NCBI GenBank assembly: GCA_051942205.1
Contig: JAVECO010000120.1
Coordinates: forward strand, 1 to 64,000
Length of the DNA stretch: 64,000 nt
Reading direction: 5' to 3'
Source: Coniocarpon cinnabarinum
Taxonomy: Eukaryota
The notes beneath the pieces are model-generated. The model had not been told where the DNA came from. It saw only the letters and a list, made by a program, of their open reading frames with translations, and did not search any database. This document shows, piece after piece, positions 11,682-25,442 of this stretch. Each line of letters opens with the position of its first letter. Within the stretch, counting starts at the first letter, position 1. The translations under genes were made by a program, and so were the position numbers.

Positions 11682-12811
11682 CTTGACGACGTGGGATTTC
11701 CTGAAATGCTACGAGGAAAGAATAATCGAATGGATGACTCTCTTGGACCGTGGCCATAGAAGCCCGCAAGAGGGGCTATTTATGCGCTCGTGAAACGGAT
11801 CAATGGATGTGCGCTACATTTCATTCGCGGATCTTGCAATTAGAAGAGAAACAATGGCCTGCAGGCGTCTCACGGACCAGGGGGCCGTTTTCACCTCACA
11901 TCACATCAAGCTTTCCGCGCCTGCAGATTTCCCCACAGAATGGCGTGCAGCATGATCGCCCTTGCTCCGTGCGGTCTCCAGGAGGTCAGCTGGTGTCGAC
12001 AGGGACTCCTCTGGCGCCACGGGCGAGCGGCGTGGCTGTGGCGCTGTGCACCTGTGCAAGTGCTTTAGGCAGTCCATGAATGGCAATCTGTTCCGATTTG
12101 CAGCTTCTTCGAGGCGTCTCCTCGTGTCCGTGAAGCTCTTACAGAAACAGGCGGAGCTGAAGTGCGGAGCTGGGATCGGGACGCGTGAATTAGCGACGTT
12201 TCATGGGGTGTGAAATTTGTCGAAGTTGTGACAAACTTCCTTTACGGGTCAAGCGGCAGTGGCTCTGGTATTGCTTGTGGTCAAGCGCTGAGGTAATATT
12301 ACTGCTTTTGGAAGCTGACGACACACACATCAAAGTGCCCCCGCCAAGGCGGCAAGCGGCAATCTTCCGACACGCCCTCGACATTTTGTTTACCAGGATG
12401 CCACTTCATGTCTTCGACTTCCCTTCCGGCGAGCTCGACTCGACCTCAAAATTTGGAACAAGGTCCCTTCTGTCAATAAATTTTGTCAGCATGTCAATGG
12501 ATCCTTGTCGTCACGCGGAAAAATGGCCACAGCTTTCTCCACAGTCCTATTATGCGGCTCAAGAAAGCTTGTGAACAAGGTTTAGGCTCCTGGCAGCCTC
12601 CTGCAATGTAACGACATTTTCTTGTTTTTCTGCTCCCTTGACCCGGCGGCTTCCCGTGTGCAATGTGAGGCATGCTTGAAACGGTATGGAAGAGTCAAAC
12701 AGCTGATGTGTGTGCTTGGCGCGAGAGATGAACATAAAGACTCGTAATGTCGCCCGTAATGATGGGTATCTCCAACCGGCGCCTCCTCTCTTTTCAACAG
12801 TATTTCATTAA

Positions 12812-13585
<774 letters not shown>

Positions 13586-15754
13586 AAGAATCGTGGATGT
13601 GATGCGAATGTCCAATCCGAACTCTGTTGTGATAGTGTATGACGCTTTGGATATTGTTGGGTCTGAGCGATGTTACGAATTGTCCTTTTGACGTTGAGTG
13701 ATGCTTTAACAAGCGCGCTTGTGAAATTATGTGCCTCAATCTCGCTCCGCTTTTCTTTCTTTGATTCTTTGAAGAATGTTACAGAACGAGTAAAAAGTCT
13801 AGGAAGCACACGCTGCTGCATTGTAGCTGGGGCGCCATGTGGCTGAATCTTGCCACTCGACCAGAGTCTCATGCGTCAGTGGCGCAACCTTGAACCTAAC
13901 CCAAGATGACCCCTCAAGCAGTTTCATCATCACAGCACAATGCGACTGAGTGTGACATGAATTCCACACCTATCACCGGGGCAACATGAACTTTCCACGT
14001 GAGACTACATCTGATTGTGCTCAAGCTTTGCTACGTCTTCAGTCTTGCACGCTTGTCGTGAAATTAATGACGACGCTCATCATTTGCATCACGATCAACA
14101 ATCAATTTGTCATGGTTGACGATTGACGAGAAAGTCGAACAAAAGAATGATACGATGCAACTGTCCCCTTTGTCGTTTGTCGAACTTGGTCGTTTCAAAA
14201 GCAAACTGAATTTTGCAGAATTGTCGTGATGCAGTAGCTTCGTTTTATGCTAGTCTTACCAATTATCCAGAGTCCACCATCTAGCGCCGATATGTCCTGT
14301 CTGAATAGCACGTAACACAACGATTTTACATCCCGAGCAAACAGGGGCCACGACGAATATCTTAAGTCTGCTGCTGAACTTCGCAACGAGTCTTTGCAAT
14401 ATTGGTGAGATGTTTCTTTGCACTCTTGCTCATTTGATGATGACCTGCATTGTTTTTATACTCCATCCACACCACGAATCATTACGATAAGAAAACGTCA
14501 TTAAGATTTCGCGAAGTAAAGAAACGAGCGATACTAGTCTTGAGGGTCCCCTGGCGGCTGTATTTGAGTGCTTATCGTTGGTGCGCGATGAGTGCACAAT
14601 AAACTGTACAAGATATTCTGACCTCGAGACTATTTATTCAAGCTTGCTGCATTCGCCTTATACAACTTAGCGTCCGTGTGTAGCGTTCAGGGGTCTGCTT
14701 AGATAACTGATAAGCTAGTTAAGAGATCAATTTTAAAACCATAGTCTACGAGCTGTGAACAATGGTCGGGCTTGCCTGGAACTCAGAGCGGCACTTACGC
14801 AGGGGAGCACTTGGTCTGTTTTTTTTAAAAGTGATATCGAGAGACTTGAAGATCACAAACTTGTTCCTCTGTTGCATGCTTCGTTTGTTGCATGCTTTCA
14901 TTCGGGACGATAATGATGTTCATCACCGAGTGCAATGTTCAGCATTATGACCAGTCATCGAAAGCCCATCTCGTCAAAATCATTACAGACGGCGTCATAG
15001 TATTGAAATGTCTCGCTTGTTCCCTTCGCCCGTCTAGACATGCTTCTTGCGCTTTGTAGCGCGCTTGCTTGAACGTAAAAACTATTATGATGGCGGTTCT
15101 GTAACTTGGAGCTTGGCCTGACTCAGCGCTCAACGTCTGGGGCTTGTGGTGTATGCTTATAGCTCGCAAAGTCGCTCGAGGATTTTTCCTCGAGCAGACC
15201 GCGAGCTATGAGCGGAGACACATACGATGCTGCATTTGAGGGGACAGCCGATATGTCGATCGCAGCTTTCACTTTGCGACATCTTGACGCGGCAAGCTTA
15301 AATGTTGTCACGCTTCATGTTGAGAAGATGATGAAGGTCGATGTCGAGTGTGCATTTGACATCGTGACCACTCATTGCAGGATAATATGACCAGGGATAT
15401 CATTGACGATGGAACAGCAATGCAACGTCGATTATCCCCTACGGGAGCACCTCACTATTCCCTTCATAGCGCCGTGCCTGTCTAAAATTGTAGGAACTAC
15501 CATCATTGCGGCTTTATAGCTACTCAGACACGCAGTATACAGACTATTGAATGAGCAAACGACTCATCTTGAGAAAGTGGTGAGAACATAAACCTGTGAA
15601 GCAGGATGTTCGGCATGCGTGACATTTAAACAAAACATTCTATACTCGTGTGAAGGACAGACTCATATCTATTTCAAAAGGGAAATTTGCATCCAAGCTC
15701 TTTGTCACTAATAGCGACTTCACCACCATGAAGAGTCGAGGCTGCTGCTTAAGC

Positions 15755-16577
15755 CTACGCCGGCGTGGGTGTGGGCGTGGTGCCAATGTTAGGCCCGCAA
15801 AGGCTATCAAGGATGTCGCCCGCGCCTGCAGATAATTAGTCTCGTGACCATGCATCCAGAAGAAGAGAGGATACTCACAAATCTGGTCATCGACGGGGCA
15901 GTTTCCACGGTAGCACTGGTAGATGGCGCTGCGCTGCTGGCAGACGCAGGCATTGTCATTCAAGTTGCCGCACGCTGAACGGACAATGGGAATAGCGCAA
16001 TTCTCCTGTGAGCGATGTTAGGCAATACTGGGGTCAAGCAGCGGAGGTGAGGCGTACGATGCAGGCGGGCAGGCTGAAGATGGAGAGGTCGCTCGTCGGG
16101 CAGACATAGCCTGGAGTTGGAGTTGGAGATGGGGTTTGCACGTTGGAGCAATAGTTGGCGACGGTGCCCAATGCGCCTGAGGAACAAAGTGGTCAGTACT
16201 CGATGTCTGAAGTGGTAGGTCCTTGGTGCTCACTTCGCCAGCTTGGAGCATCGAGGCAATTCTGTCGGATAGAGTTGTCGAGCGCGTCACGGGCCTTTGT
16301 GCAGATGCACTGTTGCTGCGATGGGCCTTCGAGGCCGCAGCCGGATTGCCTCAAGATTTGGTAGACATAGGGTTGCTATGGTAGCATTAGAGTAAGTTAC
16401 GATTCACTCAACCGACAGGGACTTTCATACTTCGCAAGAGGGGAGAGGAGGAAGGCCGCCAACTGGGCTGGGGGTGGGGATGGTTGGGGTCGTATAAGGT
16501 GTTGGGACAGTACGCCAACTAGCAACAAGGGCAAGGCCAGCGAAGAGGGCGACAATGAGAGAACTTGAGGACTGCAT
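15755..16577 (-). CDS. Secreted Cys-rich protein with two tandem CFEM-like domains (exons 16577-16431, 16375-16234, 16176-16058, 16005-15879, 15825-15755; ~201 aa)
   Basis: Not in the ORF track; spliced by eye. Signal peptide MQSSSSLIVALFAGLALVA, PT-rich linkers, domain 1 LPSCEQPY...SGC...CIC...NC...YC, domain 2 LPACIENC...AC..NDNACVC...QCYRGNC...LC. Four canonical introns keep the frame. Confidence 0.8.
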
Positions 16578-17520
16578 CTTGAATCTTGGTTGGAATGAGA
16601 CAGGAATGATAGTACAGTTTTGAGATTGAGAAAGTGACAGATGAATGGAATGAGGGAAAGGGCTGTGAGTACAATCAAGGCGAGCTCTGTAGTGACCGAC
16701 GGGGGGTTATTATATTCCTGCAAGTCTTCGACTTGTGATATAGACATTAGGCTGCTAGTGGGACATGGCGATTCACACGAACGAGCATGGTCTCCACGCT
16801 GAATACGATAAATAGCAGAGCGTATCAGCAGCACGCGACGGTTTTAGAGAGTCAGCATGAGGCAACATGTGGTGGTCAGCTTCGCATTGGACAGTATTGG
16901 CTAAACTTCGGAGCAATCCATTGCTCATCTGGACAATCGTCACTTGTTGACTCATCCGAATTGTATGGACAAAAACGCCCCTTCATCGCTTCAGCAGCGC
17001 AGCTAAGTTATATTAAAGGCACTGCCCTCGCTTAGTGTGGGAGAGAAGTGACAGGGTTGTATTGTGGCTTAATTGACTGGCAGGCAGATTAGCCAGGTTG
17101 GGCGACACTAGACCCGACTGAGTCTAGCGGCATCTATACATTGTCCAATGTCTTCGCGTCGCACTCGGGGCTTCACACGCTGGGCTTATTGTGACATCCC
17201 CAACATTCGGGCTTTGCCATGCATGAGCAGTCCCTTACATGTGAATGATCCTTCGAGGACGAGGCTGAAGATGGTCCGGATGCTGCGGCTTTTACAGCTG
17301 CTTAGGTGATCTGACCATGTCAGCTTCACTCGGGGTATATGACTCGTTTCGTTCTATTTTCTCTTTCCTTCTTACATGATGGAAAGAAACTTTCTCGTAT
17401 TCCCATCAATTCTCGCACATCCTTAGACGTTGCTTGAAAGGCCTTGCTTGACTCTATCGGTGATGTGATTCTGGCCTTGAAGAATCCAGCAGCATTCTAG
17501 TATTCTCATTATGTCCTGAC

Positions 17521-18844
17521 ATGTTTTTCCAAAAGACGACTTCAATAGCTGTACTGATCGTGCTGATTCTCTTTCTCTTATTGCATCTTTCATCCAATTT
17601 ACGCTTTGATGCACCAACATCCGTAAAATTCTTGCAAAATGCTCAGGAAGTTGCTCTGGCGCGAGACGTCGTGAACACTACTTTGGGAGTAAGGCTCCCC
17701 CAGACAGATCGTCTTTTCTCAAGCTCAACAGGACTGCTAGTTCGAAAAGATTTTCGTTCTCGGCCTTGAGTCCCGTACCGACCACCGCGATGCCATTGAA
17801 CTCTCCACGGCTGCAACGGGTCTCCACGTCGACTGGGTTGATGGAGTCACTGAGGTAGAGGCGAAAGCCCTACCAGAAGGCCAGGGATCGTCTTTGGGTG
17901 GGCAAGGCATAGGGTCATGGCGAGCTCATATGAATACCTTGCAAACGTATGTTCCCGTATGTGCCAAGCTGCTTTAGCGTCGTTTTTTAACGTTTATTTG
18001 CAGGATAGTGAGGGAGAACATCAACTCGGCGTTGATACTCGAAGATGATGCAGATTGGGATATCAGCATCAAGCAACAAATGCACGACTTTGCTCTGAGC
18101 GCCCGCGCCCTGACACAGCCACTGTCGTCTGATTCTTCATCCTATGCAGATCCGACTTATCCTGTCGTTAAAGACACAGACGGGTCACCACCACCCCTGA
18201 TGTTCGACGATCTGCCTTCAACGACACCTCCAAGATACAGTCCATACGGCGACAACTGGGACGTCCTCTGGCTCGGTCATTGCGGCATCAAAAGACCTGG
18301 CGCTGGCAACCAAGAAGCCTGGCCCGTGCCACCCCAGCCCATCTCCCGCGGCCACGTCGTCCACCTCGACGACCCGACCGTCCCCGAGCCGCACCATCTC
18401 CATGACTTCAAAGGCACCGCCGGCGCGAACGACCGCTCAGGGAACGCCGACTTCCAAAACCACTCCCGGACGGTGCATCATCCCCAAGATGGCTTTTGTT
18501 CCGTCGCGTACGCCGTCTCGCAACGCGGCGCGCGACAAATGCTGTGGTACATGGGCGTCCGCGCCTTCGACGCGTGGTTCGACACTATGTTGCCGAATTT
18601 CTGTGGGGGCAAGGACCTGCAGGGATTGGCGCAGCCGACGTGTGTCGCGGTGCAACCGCAGTTCTTTGATCAGCATAATCCGCGCGGCCAGTCGTGGAAG
18701 GAGTCTGATATTTTTGCGGCGGGGAATGGGTTTCGTGACGTGCCGGAGACGTATAATATACGGTGGAGTACGAGGATCAATTTGCCGAAGCTTTTGTCGG
18801 GCAAGACGGATTATGTTGATCAGTGGCCGGATAGTTCAGGTTGA
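17521..18844 (+). CDS. Fungal glycosyltransferase family 25-like type II membrane protein (exons 17521-17688, 17741-17946, 18004-18844)
   Basis: N-terminal TM anchor, NTTLG|FEKIFVLGL.SRTDHRD, GSWRAHMN, SALILEDDADWD, SPYGDNWDVLWLGHCG, CSVAYAVSQRGA, NIRWSTRIN. Confidence 0.88.
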
Positions 18845-20582
18845 GCATGATGACATGACTGCTTCCTGTACCATCTGGAGCCTCCACATTCAAGATCACC
18901 TTGACTACCGATTTTGTTTTACTCAGTGGCAGTTCGATGATATCAATGACGCTTGCGAAAGCTGAAAAGGTTCGCAACGAGATTGAGAGTATTCGATACT
19001 GTTGTCTGAATGCCGAAGCGAGCCTCTGTCAGGATGCTGCATAAGCTTACGGCCTATTGGGAGTAAACCTTCCGAACGCTATTGTCACCGTCGGCGAAAT
19101 CACAACTTCAATACATCCGGAGCATATTGATGAGAGCAGGTGAAGTGAGAGTACTTGGCCGGCGGGAATGATGAAAACAAGTGGCTTGATGACAGGGACA
19201 GAAGAAGGGAAGTAGGAGAAGAAGAGCCATAAGGTTATGACGAACTGTGAGCGAGAGAAAGGCAGTGATCGGGAGTGTCATTAACTTAAGGTTGGGTTGA
19301 CGTCAAGAGCTACGGTGCACAAGCGAGCGTGTCCAGAGTCTTCCTAATATGGCGGTATACCCAGTCAGCAATAGGCAAGCTCGTCATTTCTGTTACAATA
19401 TGACTGCAAACCCTGAAGCTGAAAGGGCAAAAGTAGTACACATGATGTTTCAACATTTGATGAAGCAATGTTAGCTATTCGTATCACTGTCTGCCGACAA
19501 GAGCTTACCTACTAGGACCTGGACGAGAATTGTTAAACCCAGGTTGTCCCATGCACCTCTATGCTCGTATAGCCTCTAACGTTTCATCCAAGCTACGATC
19601 ATCAGCTTTCCTTCAACGAAAATCTTAAAAGGTTTTGAATAATATCTTAATTTCAGGCTCCGGGGCGTCAGCAACGCAGTTGTGCGGGAGCGCCGTGAGA
19701 GAAAACATGTTCAAGCATCAGAAAATCATCCTGCATCTTCGTGAGAATGAGTCGGCAAAGAGCAAACCCACATCTGCGTTTCTGTCTTAGCTTTACAATC
19801 TGAATGCTTCTCATCGTACAGGAGGGACCCGACAACGGCTCCTATCATACCGAGAGAATTTGCCGCCATCACCGCAATCCTGGCGCATCCTTCGTACCCA
19901 CTTGTGCAAAAAGTGTCCGTGCGTCAGACATAGCCTTTATAATACGTGGCACAGCTTCTTTACTTCAAGATTTCTAGGTACTTATACCTACATGAGATCT
20001 CTAGCGTACCTGATATTACTAAAATTGCATGGGACCCGGCAGCTCTGCTTTGTACAGGAGAGCTCTTCACGGCCATATTTTTGATTCGTCTTACCTTTGA
20101 AACTCGATTTTCGTCTCGTGTATAAAGGCTCTGCTTCGTGGACTTTGCGCACAGAATATTTGCTATGTAGGTAACAGCTCCACCTTGTGTGCAAGGTTCA
20201 ATTATGCGATTCCTCAGAGAGAGGTAGCGCTAGCATACACAGTAGTATCGGCAGTAATGGCACTTTCTCCCATCCATGCATGCGCAGCTGATACGTACCC
20301 CCTTGACGTCCAACTGAAAGCGTATGCGTGCACCTCTCTAAATTCATGCCTTTCATTGTGGGGTACTACCGCTGCTTCCGGAGCTTTCTTGAGCCTTGGA
20401 GGAAATGATTCCAAAGCTTGCCGCAGTCTTTACATAAAGTGCAAGCCACAGCTTGCCAAGCCCCTGCCCTTTTACCATCCTACTGATCCTTTTGTTTTAA
20501 ATGCGTTGCTCCTCATTGAGAACCATCTCGCATCTCCCCGTCACACGAAAAAACTACCGTCAACAGGTCGCACTTTACTATC

Positions 20583-22493
20583 ATGGGAGGTGATCTACCT
20601 CCAGCAGAAGATCTCAAAGCTGGTCCTCAAGAGCTTTACAAAGCGTCATCCTCTTGGATGAATCTCCAAGAGATGTTGACCACAGAGGCAAACTTCACGG
20701 TTACGTCCTCGATCTTAACCGTTGCGATGAGAGCGACCGCTGGAGGCTCAAAACTGCATAGGACGGCAGGACAGTTCTCATCCCGCAGCCAAGTGAAGAC
20801 CCAGACGATCCACTGAATTGGTCTCAGCGCCGGAAGAATCTTACCCTCATCGTTCTTACCTGCGTTAGCTTTCTGTCAGATTATTCCAGCTCGCAAGGCA
20901 TAGCAGCGCTGGTGCCGCAGGTCGAGTACGTGCACCCTCACTTTTCTTCGGTCATTCGTCGGGCTCTTCCTTTATGCTTTGATTATTCTCCCAGGATTCC
21001 CTGAGATTCGATGGGGCCCGACCTGCAACCAAGCAAGCATAGGTTGATCTGACTGAGTTGACCTGACGCAGATACTGGCCTACTCTTGGTGACTCAGTGA
21101 TACAGCACAATCTCGTTGGCAATATCTTCTGCCTCGCATCTGGTGGATTAATCGCTGTCGCCTTTGGGTCATACTTCGGGCGCTTACCTACAATCTTGAT
21201 ATACCAGTGTTTAGCATTTGCTTTTAGTATCTGGGCAGGCGCATCCACAGGCTTCAATTCCTACTTGGCCGCGCGAATTCTTCAAGGCCTTACCTCTACC
21301 GTGGGCATTGCGTCAGGCCTCATGTGGATCAAGGATATCTTCTTCTTCCATGAGCATCCGAGGAAGATCAACTGGTGGTCGCTTGGCATCATTGCGAGTC
21401 CGTACTTCGGACCAATGGCAGCGTCATTCATCCTGTGGCGGCGACCTTGGCCCTGGTGCTATTGGGTACTCACTCTTCTCAATGGCCCGTGCATCATTTT
21501 GACGGTTGTCTTCCTCGACGAAACCTACTATAACCGAGACTTACCAAACCCACGTCCATATCGAGGGCCCAAATGGCAACGACTACTTGGTTACGAGCAG
21601 TGGCGGAATCGCCACACAAGAGCAACGCTCTTGCAATGTCTATCGCGTCCAGTCATTGCAATTTCTCGGATCCCGCTCTTCGCGGTAATCGTCTATTACT
21701 TCCTGAACTTCGCGTGGGTCATTGGTAAGCTCAAAGTTCTTGCATCGCGTAGATGTCGACTACAGTCAATTGACTGCCGAAATAGCGATCAATGCAACAG
21801 TATCCATCTACCTGACCGACCAATACGCTTTTGGAGAACGTGAGCTTGGCATTTTCTACATCTCTGGTATCATTGGCACGTTCCTCGGTTGGCTCATCGG
21901 ACACTGGTTGCATGATGCCATTGGTCGCGCATACGCCTCTAGACATGATGGTCATATTGAGCCGGAGGCTCGTCTTTGGGTAACACACCTCGCGAGTGTG
22001 CTTTTGTTCGCCAGTATTCTTGTATGTCAGACATCCCCTCTTCTGGACGCTGTGTAATGTGGTTTCCACCACCTTCTCTTGCTTACGCCTTACGCAATGT
22101 CCTCAGCCGATGTGGACGAGCAAACTGACATCTCTGAATCAGGTGCTTGGCTTCGCCTTTGAATACCTTTGGCACTACATGGTCCTAGCGGTCTTCTTCG
22201 CGCTGCAAATTCTGGGCATCATGGTTGCAACCGTCGGAATCGACGCGTATCTATTGGATGCCTACCCGGAAGGCAGTGGCGAAGTTGGTGCCTGGGCTAA
22301 CTTCGGACGTGAAGGCGGCGGCTTCATGAGCGTGTACATTGCGCTCGAATGGGTCGATGAGGCGGGGCCACTGACGGCTTTCAGCATTCAAGCAGGCACA
22401 ATCGTTGCGAGCACATTCATTATTGTGTTCTTGCAGGTATTTGGGAAGCGAATCAGGAGCTGGCAGGGCCCGATGCGGTTCGCTACGACTTAG
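20583..22493 (+). pseudogene. MFS (DHA1-like) transporter with apparent 5' frameshift and in-frame stop; introns 20926-21071, 21725-21785, 22022-22142
   Basis: Conserved MFS N-terminus GYVLD...LKTA*DGRTVLIPQPSEDPDDPLNWS contains TAG at 20759-20761 and is out of frame with the ATG at 20583. Downstream TM exons are intact (GRLP, ARILQG, DIFFFHEHPRKIN, DETYY, PEARL, YLLDAYPE). Confidence 0.7.
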
Positions 22494-25188
22494 ATAGAGA
22501 ATTACAAGATTGTCTTGACTTGTTGGCCCGGCTTAGCGTCCAGTCCGCCTTGGAGGAGATTGGTTTCCAAGATCGTGGCACAGACGCTACCGAATGAATC
22601 CGTGTGCAATGTTGTTGGAAAATGGGTCACGTGCAAGAACTGATGTAACTGACAGGGTATGAGAGCTCAGCCCTATGGGGCGTCTCCTCCCCTGGAGGCT
22701 TTCATCATGACGGGAGTTAATTTACCAATCAATGATCATCACCATATCTCAATTTAACAAATGTCTTGACGAATGTTTGCCATGACATCCCAACAATTTT
22801 CTCAACTCCGTTTGCGAGTGGGGTTGATATCTGTGCGCTGCTCGCAGCACACGTGATAACTTGCTTTGTGCTATTCTCGTGCAACGACACGAAAGACGCT
22901 CATCAGCAACATCGGTCTAATCAGCACGGGACAAAGACCAAGTATTCTACCAGGTCGATCCAGTGACCGCTACCGATGATCTATCACTATCTAACAGAAT
23001 TTCCCTTCTATTGAAAGCAGAATCATCTGAACTTACTTATCGATCTGCAACATAGTTGTAACTCAGTGCGTACTTGCACGAGCTGAAATCGCGGTGCACC
23101 CTTCGCTGTTTTGCGCTGCTGTTCTTGAGTAAGTCAGGACGCGCATTCTCGTTTTCGGTTAGCCTGATAAACATGCGAGACATGTTGCAACAGTGTATCA
23201 AATCAATCAAGAGGCTCCAAGCTTTCAGGCGACAATCAAAACAGTAAGTCTTTTGCAAAGTATAGATCAAAGCCCGAAGGGCGAAAAGCTCAGTTGCAAT
23301 GCCTTCCTTCACACGACTCGCCCCGCTCTTGAACTGTGGTATCAGGAACACTGTGATGGACTGCATCACCACCAAATGGTCGTGAATCCTTGTCCTCTCT
23401 TTGCAGATCCCTTGTCAGGCTCATTCAACATATCATGAACAGATCTGCGCGCACAGGGACGGACGTTAGTCCCTCATGAACTGCGTGGAAATGTTTGCGG
23501 AGTTTTCTCTTGCACATGAATGCGATCCCACAGAGGGAAGAGATGCTGATGTGCTTCGTCGGAAGATGCGAAGCAAAAACACAATCAGCTTCTACTGACC
23601 ACAAGAGAACTTTTTTTGGGTCCGCTGCATCCCTTCCCCATTTAATTTCCGCCTGAACATCTTTCGAGAGTCATTCAAAATCTGGAACTTCTCGTTTGGG
23701 CGTCACTGTGTCGACTATGCTCCCGGGGATGATTCCCATAGTGATGTCGCTACTACCGAAGCTCCTAGCTGCCAAGAGAGGCAAATGAACTTTCGCACGT
23801 ACGGAAGACCCTCAAGTCGCACGTGACTGCTGACCAGGCAGCAGCATTAGATGTGAGGCTCGTGCTGTTTCATCATCTACACACATCACCTTGCACTACT
23901 CGCAAGTGTGGCCGGTTGCCATCTGCTTCTCCATCGAAATTTTAAATTGATTTCCCTGGTTGGGGGGTCGAGAGGGATATGGAAACCTGTTTAATATCTA
24001 GGTGCCTCCGCAACCCAGCCTAAATCGTTTTCTCATCATTTTCGATTAGGGTCGACGATGAGCGCCAGCATTTTCCAAAACTTTCAATGTCAGCACGTCA
24101 TTCATGGACGTCAAAGAAGTTCATTCTTGCCATCTTCACGGCATTTCGAAGCCCCTCCTCCTTATCTTGCGCACGTTGCACTGCAACGTTTCTTGCCCGG
24201 AGAAACAACAAGCGGAGCTGTCGGCTTTGTAAACATGGCAGGGTCGACACATCTGCGCAAAGACAAATCCAGCAGTTGGTTTTGCGATATGACATAGCGT
24301 ATTTCTTTCTTCCTTTCCCGAGAATAACAGGCTCGTATCGCGCCAATTCCTGACATACTTATAAGATCCTTGAACTTGGCTCTAGTGTACCTGAACATCA
24401 TAGATCAAACAGTTTGGTACAAATCCATAAGCTTTGGACAGGGGCACTGCAAGTCATCCCAGAATCGCAAGCTCGTATGGGACGCGGACACCATAGTGGC
24501 ATTAAACACTTGCCGATGCTGCAATGCATCATCATTTCCGAGCCGTTCATGGCAGCTGAGTCTCGCCAAATGAAATTCTGTGAGACCCCTCCTTCTGGAG
24601 TAGAGTCACCTGCTTTATGTTCTTGTCAGTGAACTGACTTTCCAAGACGATAGGCATGAGAATGGTCGCACACAATCTTGAGGTGCTCGCCGAAAAGCCA
24701 AATCAAAAGCTCAAGCAATGCTACGTTTTTTTCCTCTAAGTGCGAGCTTACGCGGTACCACCTAAGCACGAGTCACGAGCAAGCACAAGGGTCGCAACAT
24801 GGCTGGCCTCTGCGATTAGCCTTTCAAGGAAAAGGCAGACATGGCCTGTTCGTAGATTATTTCTTTCACATCTACATGTGTATTCTAAACTATTTACTCT
24901 TGCTTTTCAGCATTCAAAAAAAAAGACGGGCTGTGTAAAATTGGCTGCTCCGCGCGAGAGGCTTTGAAAACAACCCAAACTTCATTGTCTTTGCTTCTTC
25001 CATGTATTTCAAATCGTCGAACACGGGTGAGCATTGGAGCTTATCGTCATTCTCTGCATCACACAATCCAAATACGCCCCCTTAAGCTCTATTTACGCAT
25101 GCTCTGCCGCGAAAACTTCTGTTGAAGCTTCAAACGAAGCTTTCTAGCTACACTCTCTTTGCCTTGTAAGTCTCACGCCCGACGCTAA

Positions 25189-25442
25189 CAGTGTGGTCAA
25201 TGGTTCGGTTTGGTTCGGTCCTGGTTCGGTAGCGCGCGCTACCACAACCGATAGAAGTAAGAACCGAACCAATATCGTAACGGTTTACCACAACCAAACC
25301 GATCATTACTAGTAAATGATGGTTTGGCATGGTTATGGTTCGGTGGCGTGCGCTACCACAACCGATAAGTGTAAGAACCAAACCGATATCGTAATGGTTT
25401 ACCACAACCGAACCATTGACAACCGAACCACTGACCACACTG
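25189..25442. mobile_element. 254-bp non-autonomous hAT-type MITE
   Basis: 22-bp TIRs CAGTGTGGTCAATGGTTCGGTT / AACCGAACCACTGACCACACTG (1 mismatch), perfect 8-bp TSD GACGCTAA at 25181-25188 and 25443-25450, repeated subterminal GGTTCGG/AACCG motifs, no coding capacity. Confidence 0.92.

Noticed and set aside
14480..14720. GATAA clusters here and at ~34200-34415 as AreA targets
   Set aside because: The motif is short and frequent; the first cluster has no adjacent gene, and enrichment cannot be shown by eye.
18900..19500. Hydrophobic minus-strand reading fragment
   Set aside because: No start or splice model and no recognisable family.
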